The position numbers and the translations under genes are program-made. Shown in pieces: positions 61,280 through 64,000 of a stretch of 64,000 nucleotides of DNA. This DNA comes from Vulcanimicrobiota bacterium (GTDB lineage: Bacteria; Vulcanimicrobiota; Vulcanimicrobiia; Vulcanimicrobiales; Vulcanimicrobiaceae): contig CAWHWQ010000001.1 of assembly GCA_963833095.1 (NCBI GenBank), positions 480,001 to 544,000 on the forward strand, in the 5' to 3' direction. The notes below the pieces were generated by a model. It did not search any database. It was not told the origin of the DNA and saw only the letters and a program-made list of their open reading frames with translations. Every line of letters begins with the position of its first letter. Within the stretch, counting starts at the first letter, position 1.

Positions 61280-62522
61280 CCGACGCGCTGAGTAAACTCA
61301 CCCGGCGCGTCGCGATGCCGACCGCGTCGGGATCGGTCCCCTTTTCGCCCAGTTGAAACTGAACGAGGGCATCGGGTCGATCGCCCTGCGCCTCGTAGGC
61401 GTCCCCGAGCAGTACGTGTAAGCGTCCATCGTCGTGCACCGATGCAATACCCTTGATCAGCACCGCCTGCTCGAGCACGTAGAGTTGATGCCGCTGGTAA
61501 TCTAGGGCCAGATCGATGTAGGCTTCGCGCAAATACGGATACATCTCGATCGCTCTGGCGTACTGCGCTACGGCGTGCTGCCAATCGTCCTGCACGTCGG
61601 CGAGGTAGCCGTAGTTGACGAACGTCTCGCCGCGTTCGGGCGCGAGCTTGTAGGCAATATCAAGCGTTTGCTTTGCGTCCTCGAGACGTTGCGCGAGGAG
61701 ATAGGTCGCCGCCATGTTGTCTTCACATTGATAGGACCCCGGCGCGATCCCAAGGCACCTCTTGAACGTCGCAATCGCGTTGTCAAAGTGGTGCAGATCG
61801 AGCTGCGCGAGGCCAAGACCGTTGAGCGCCGTGAGGTCGCGGGGATCCTGATCGAGCGCGCGATTGTAGTAAACCTCGGCTTGTTCGGGCTGGTGGATCG
61901 CGAACAGCACTTGGCCAAGTTCGCCTTGAATCGCGGGATCATTTGGGTACTGAAGCGCCAACTTCTGAACCGAGATTTCATATGCGGGAAGGTCGCCCTT
62001 GCGCTCGTGCAGTTCGACCAAATCGTTGACCGAGTCGGTGCCCGGCAGGGCCGCATTGAACTGCACGATCGCGTCGTCGACGCGGTTCTCTTCGGCGTAG
62101 ACGGTTCCAAGACGATTGTGCGTCTCTTTGTCGTAGGGCGCGGTCTTCAAGACTTCTTCGTAAACGAACTGAGCGCGTTGGATTTGGCCCGTCCGAAAGT
62201 AGAGGTCACCCAGGAAGCGACGTGGAGCGATTTCGCCTGGGTGGATGACCGTGTAGCGCGCAAGGCGCTCGATCGCGCCGGACATATTACCCGCGGCAAT
62301 CAGCTCGCGTGTCGCACGAATCGCGCCGGCGGGATCAGAAGGAAAGCCGTTGAGGACGCTGTCCCCATTGGTCAAGGTCGGGCCGTAGTACACGTCCGGC
62401 GTGCCCGGCTGAGCAGCCTGATCGGCGGCAGACGCGCGTAAAGGCGCGCCGGCAAACAAAGCCGCGAGAACGAGAGCGATACCAAGTGCGACGGCGCGGT
62501 GGTTCATCCCGGGCCTCCTCAT
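61254..62522 (-). CDS. Exported tetratricopeptide repeat protein
   Basis: Signal peptide; repeated TPR units (LGDLYF, HNRLGTVY, LNGLGLA, FVNYGYL). Confidence 0.88.
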   Translation of the reverse strand: MRRPGMNHRAVALGIALVLAALFAGAPLRASAADQAAQPGTPDVYYGPTLTNGDSVLNGFPSDPAGAIRATRELIAAGNMSGAIERLARYTVIHPGEIAPRRFLGDLYFRTGQIQRAQFVYEEVLKTAPYDKETHNRLGTVYAEENRVDDAIVQFNAALPGTDSVNDLVELHERKGDLPAYEISVQKLALQYPNDPAIQGELGQVLFAIHQPEQAEVYYNRALDQDPRDLTALNGLGLAQLDLHHFDNAIATFKRCLGIAPGSYQCEDNMAATYLLAQRLEDAKQTLDIAYKLAPERGETFVNYGYLADVQDDWQHAVAQYARAIEMYPYLREAYIDLALDYQRHQLYVLEQAVLIKGIASVHDDGRLHVLLGDAYEAQGDRPDALVQFQLGEKGTDPDAVGIATRRVSLLSASATSSPRDR

Positions 62523-62632
62523 AGTGACCCTATTGTACTCCTAATTCACGCGCGGGGTGACGCCCGTGTGACAAGACTCTATCCGGACAAAGCTGAAGCT
62601 TTGCCGGCTAGAGTCGCGCGGCTTCGCTCGCG

Positions 62633-63064
62633 CTACGAATCCTCGTCCCTGCAGTTTTCGGCGATTCGGTCGAGCATGTCGGCGAATTCGGCGCGTTCCT
62701 CGAGGGAGAAACCGCGCAGTGCATGCTCGGTCTGCTCACCGATAATTTCGGCAAGGGTGGGGCGCAAGTCAGTGCCCCGCTTCGTAAGGTAGATGCGCAC
62801 CGAGCGAGCGTCCTCGGGGTGCGCTCGGCGCGCAACCAGGCCGTCGCGCACCATGCGCTGCACCGTGCGCGTAACGGTCGGCATCTCGACACCGAGCCGG
62901 TCCGCGATCTCGCGCGGGGTGAGCCCGTCCTCCTCCCAGAGATGCCGGAGCACTTGATATTGTCCTAGGCGCAAACCCGAATGCTGCAACGTGCGATCGA
63001 CACGAGCGCGAAGTGCTCGAACCGCGTTCCCCAAGGCGCGAAAGACCTCGCTCTTGGGGTTCAT
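62633..63064 (-). CDS. MarR family regulator
   Basis: QYQVL, TPREIA, TVTRTVQRMVRDGLV, DARSVRIYLT. Confidence 0.92.
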   Translation of the reverse strand: MNPKSEVFRALGNAVRALRARVDRTLQHSGLRLGQYQVLRHLWEEDGLTPREIADRLGVEMPTVTRTVQRMVRDGLVARRAHPEDARSVRIYLTKRGTDLRPTLAEIIGEQTEHALRGFSLEERAEFADMLDRIAENCRDEDS

Positions 63065-64000
63065 CGCACGAGCGGAAGCACGTTGCTCGGCGTGAGCGGA
63101 TAGAACGTCATCACGATCACGAGGATCGACGCAGACCGCGGCGCTGATCCAGGCAAGCGGCACGAACGGTTTCGCATCGTGCTCGTGTGCCGTGCGCATC
63201 GCGCGCGTACATCGCGCGGATGATCTTCGCGTAGGCGTAGAGCGAGATCGCGGTGCCGACGATCAGCAGCGCCGCCGAGCCAGCGTAGCCGGCATTCACG
63301 CTGGTCGAAAGGATCAGGATCTTTCCGAGAAAGCCGGCCGTCGGCGGCAAGCCCGGCCAGCGCCAGCAAGAAGAACGTCATCAGCCGCGGCCAGCCACGG
63401 GCGGCGATGACCCGAGCCCGCGATAGTTCGCAAGCGCGAACCCTGCTTCGCCGTCGCCCGAAAGCAGCGCGGCGACCGCGAACGCGCCGAGGTTCATGAA
63501 CGTGTACGCCGCGAGATAGAAGATCGCGTAGCGCAGCCCGAGCGCCGTCGCTCCGGCGAGCGCGGTCAAGAATGTAGCCGACCTGCGCGATGCCGGAATA
63601 CGCGAGCAGGCGCTTGAGATCGTGTTGCGCGAGCATGCCGACGTTGCCGACGATCATCGAGATCGCCGGCGACGATCCAGATCGGCAAGCAGCAGACGCT
63701 CCTCGACGCCGGGCGGCAGCGCCGCATAGATGAAGCGCGCGAACACCGCGAGCGTCGCCGGCTTTGGTTGCGACGCTCATGAACGCGGTGACCGGCAGCG
63801 GCGCGCCTTCGTAGACGTCGGGCGCCCAGGCGTGAAACGGCACGAGACTCAGCTTGAACGCGATGCCGATCGAGGAACAAGCCGGCGCCCATCCAGAAGC
63901 AGCGGATTGCGCGGCGAGCGCGGGATTCACGAAATCGGCGAGCATCACGCTCCCGCTCGCGCCGAACAGCAGCGCCATGCCGAAGAGCAAAAATCCCGAC
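63061..64000 (-). CDS. nuoN: NADH-quinone oxidoreductase subunit N (3' part, frameshifted)
   Basis: FKLSLVPFHAWAPDVYEGAP, KRLLAYSGIAQVGY, PPTAGFLGK. Confidence 0.92.
   Translation of the reverse strand, partial: SGFLLFGMALLFGASGSVMLADFVNPALAAQSAASGWAPACSSIGIAFKLSLVPFHAWAPDVYEGAPLPVTAFMSVATKAGDARGVRALHLCGAAARRRGASAACRSGSSPAISMIVGNVGMLAQHDLKRLLAYSGIAQVGYILDRARRSDGARAALRDLLSRGVHVHEPRRVRGRRAAFGRRRSRVRACELSRARVIAARGWPRLMTFFLLALAGLAADGRLSRKDPDPFDQRECRLRWLGGAADRRHRDLALRLREDHPRDVRARCARHTSTMRNRSCRLPGSAPRSASILVIVMTFYPLTPSNVLPLVR

Noticed and set aside
1..64000. Many long Arg/Ala-rich antisense and alternate-frame ORFs in the track
   Set aside because: Expected shadows in high-GC DNA that overlap well-supported genes; no recognisable motifs.

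Overview
A 64 kb GC-rich bacterial chromosomal window, mostly housekeeping and metabolic genes. Gene style is compatible with a soil Eremiobacterota/Vulcanimicrobiota-like organism, which is inference and untested. Frameshifts cluster at about 1-4 kb, 38.4-48.3 kb, 51-52.3 kb and 63-64 kb and also hit essential genes, so they look like long-read indel errors; many CDS boundaries there are reconstructed. Highlights: (1) A fluoride riboswitch with its own promoter and overlapping terminator controls a six-gene Hyf-like membrane complex whose large subunit lacks the Ni-binding cysteines (Ehr type). The operon is bracketed by crcB and two DUF190 genes, making it a candidate energy-coupled fluoride-response module. 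(2) A six-gene chaperone/usher-like surface-fibre locus lies back-to-back with an orphan flagellin. Its subunits share TGTVNVEW and C-terminal YT(L/V) motifs, and its probable major subunit has a flagellin-style leader (sigma-28 promoter plus CsrA-type GGA hairpin). (3) Three nested-palindrome repeats lie between convergent genes; two carry a conserved core of AGGA-loop hairpins resembling CsrB/RsmZ sponges. (4) An M-box riboswitch controls a soluble MgtE-like domain plus an Nramp-related transporter. Also present: tilS, smpB, moeA, serS, tRNA-Ser(UGA), a sulfatase, carbonic anhydrase, sedolisin, kynA/kynU, a diguanylate cyclase, a GS-like ligase, ridA and nuoN.
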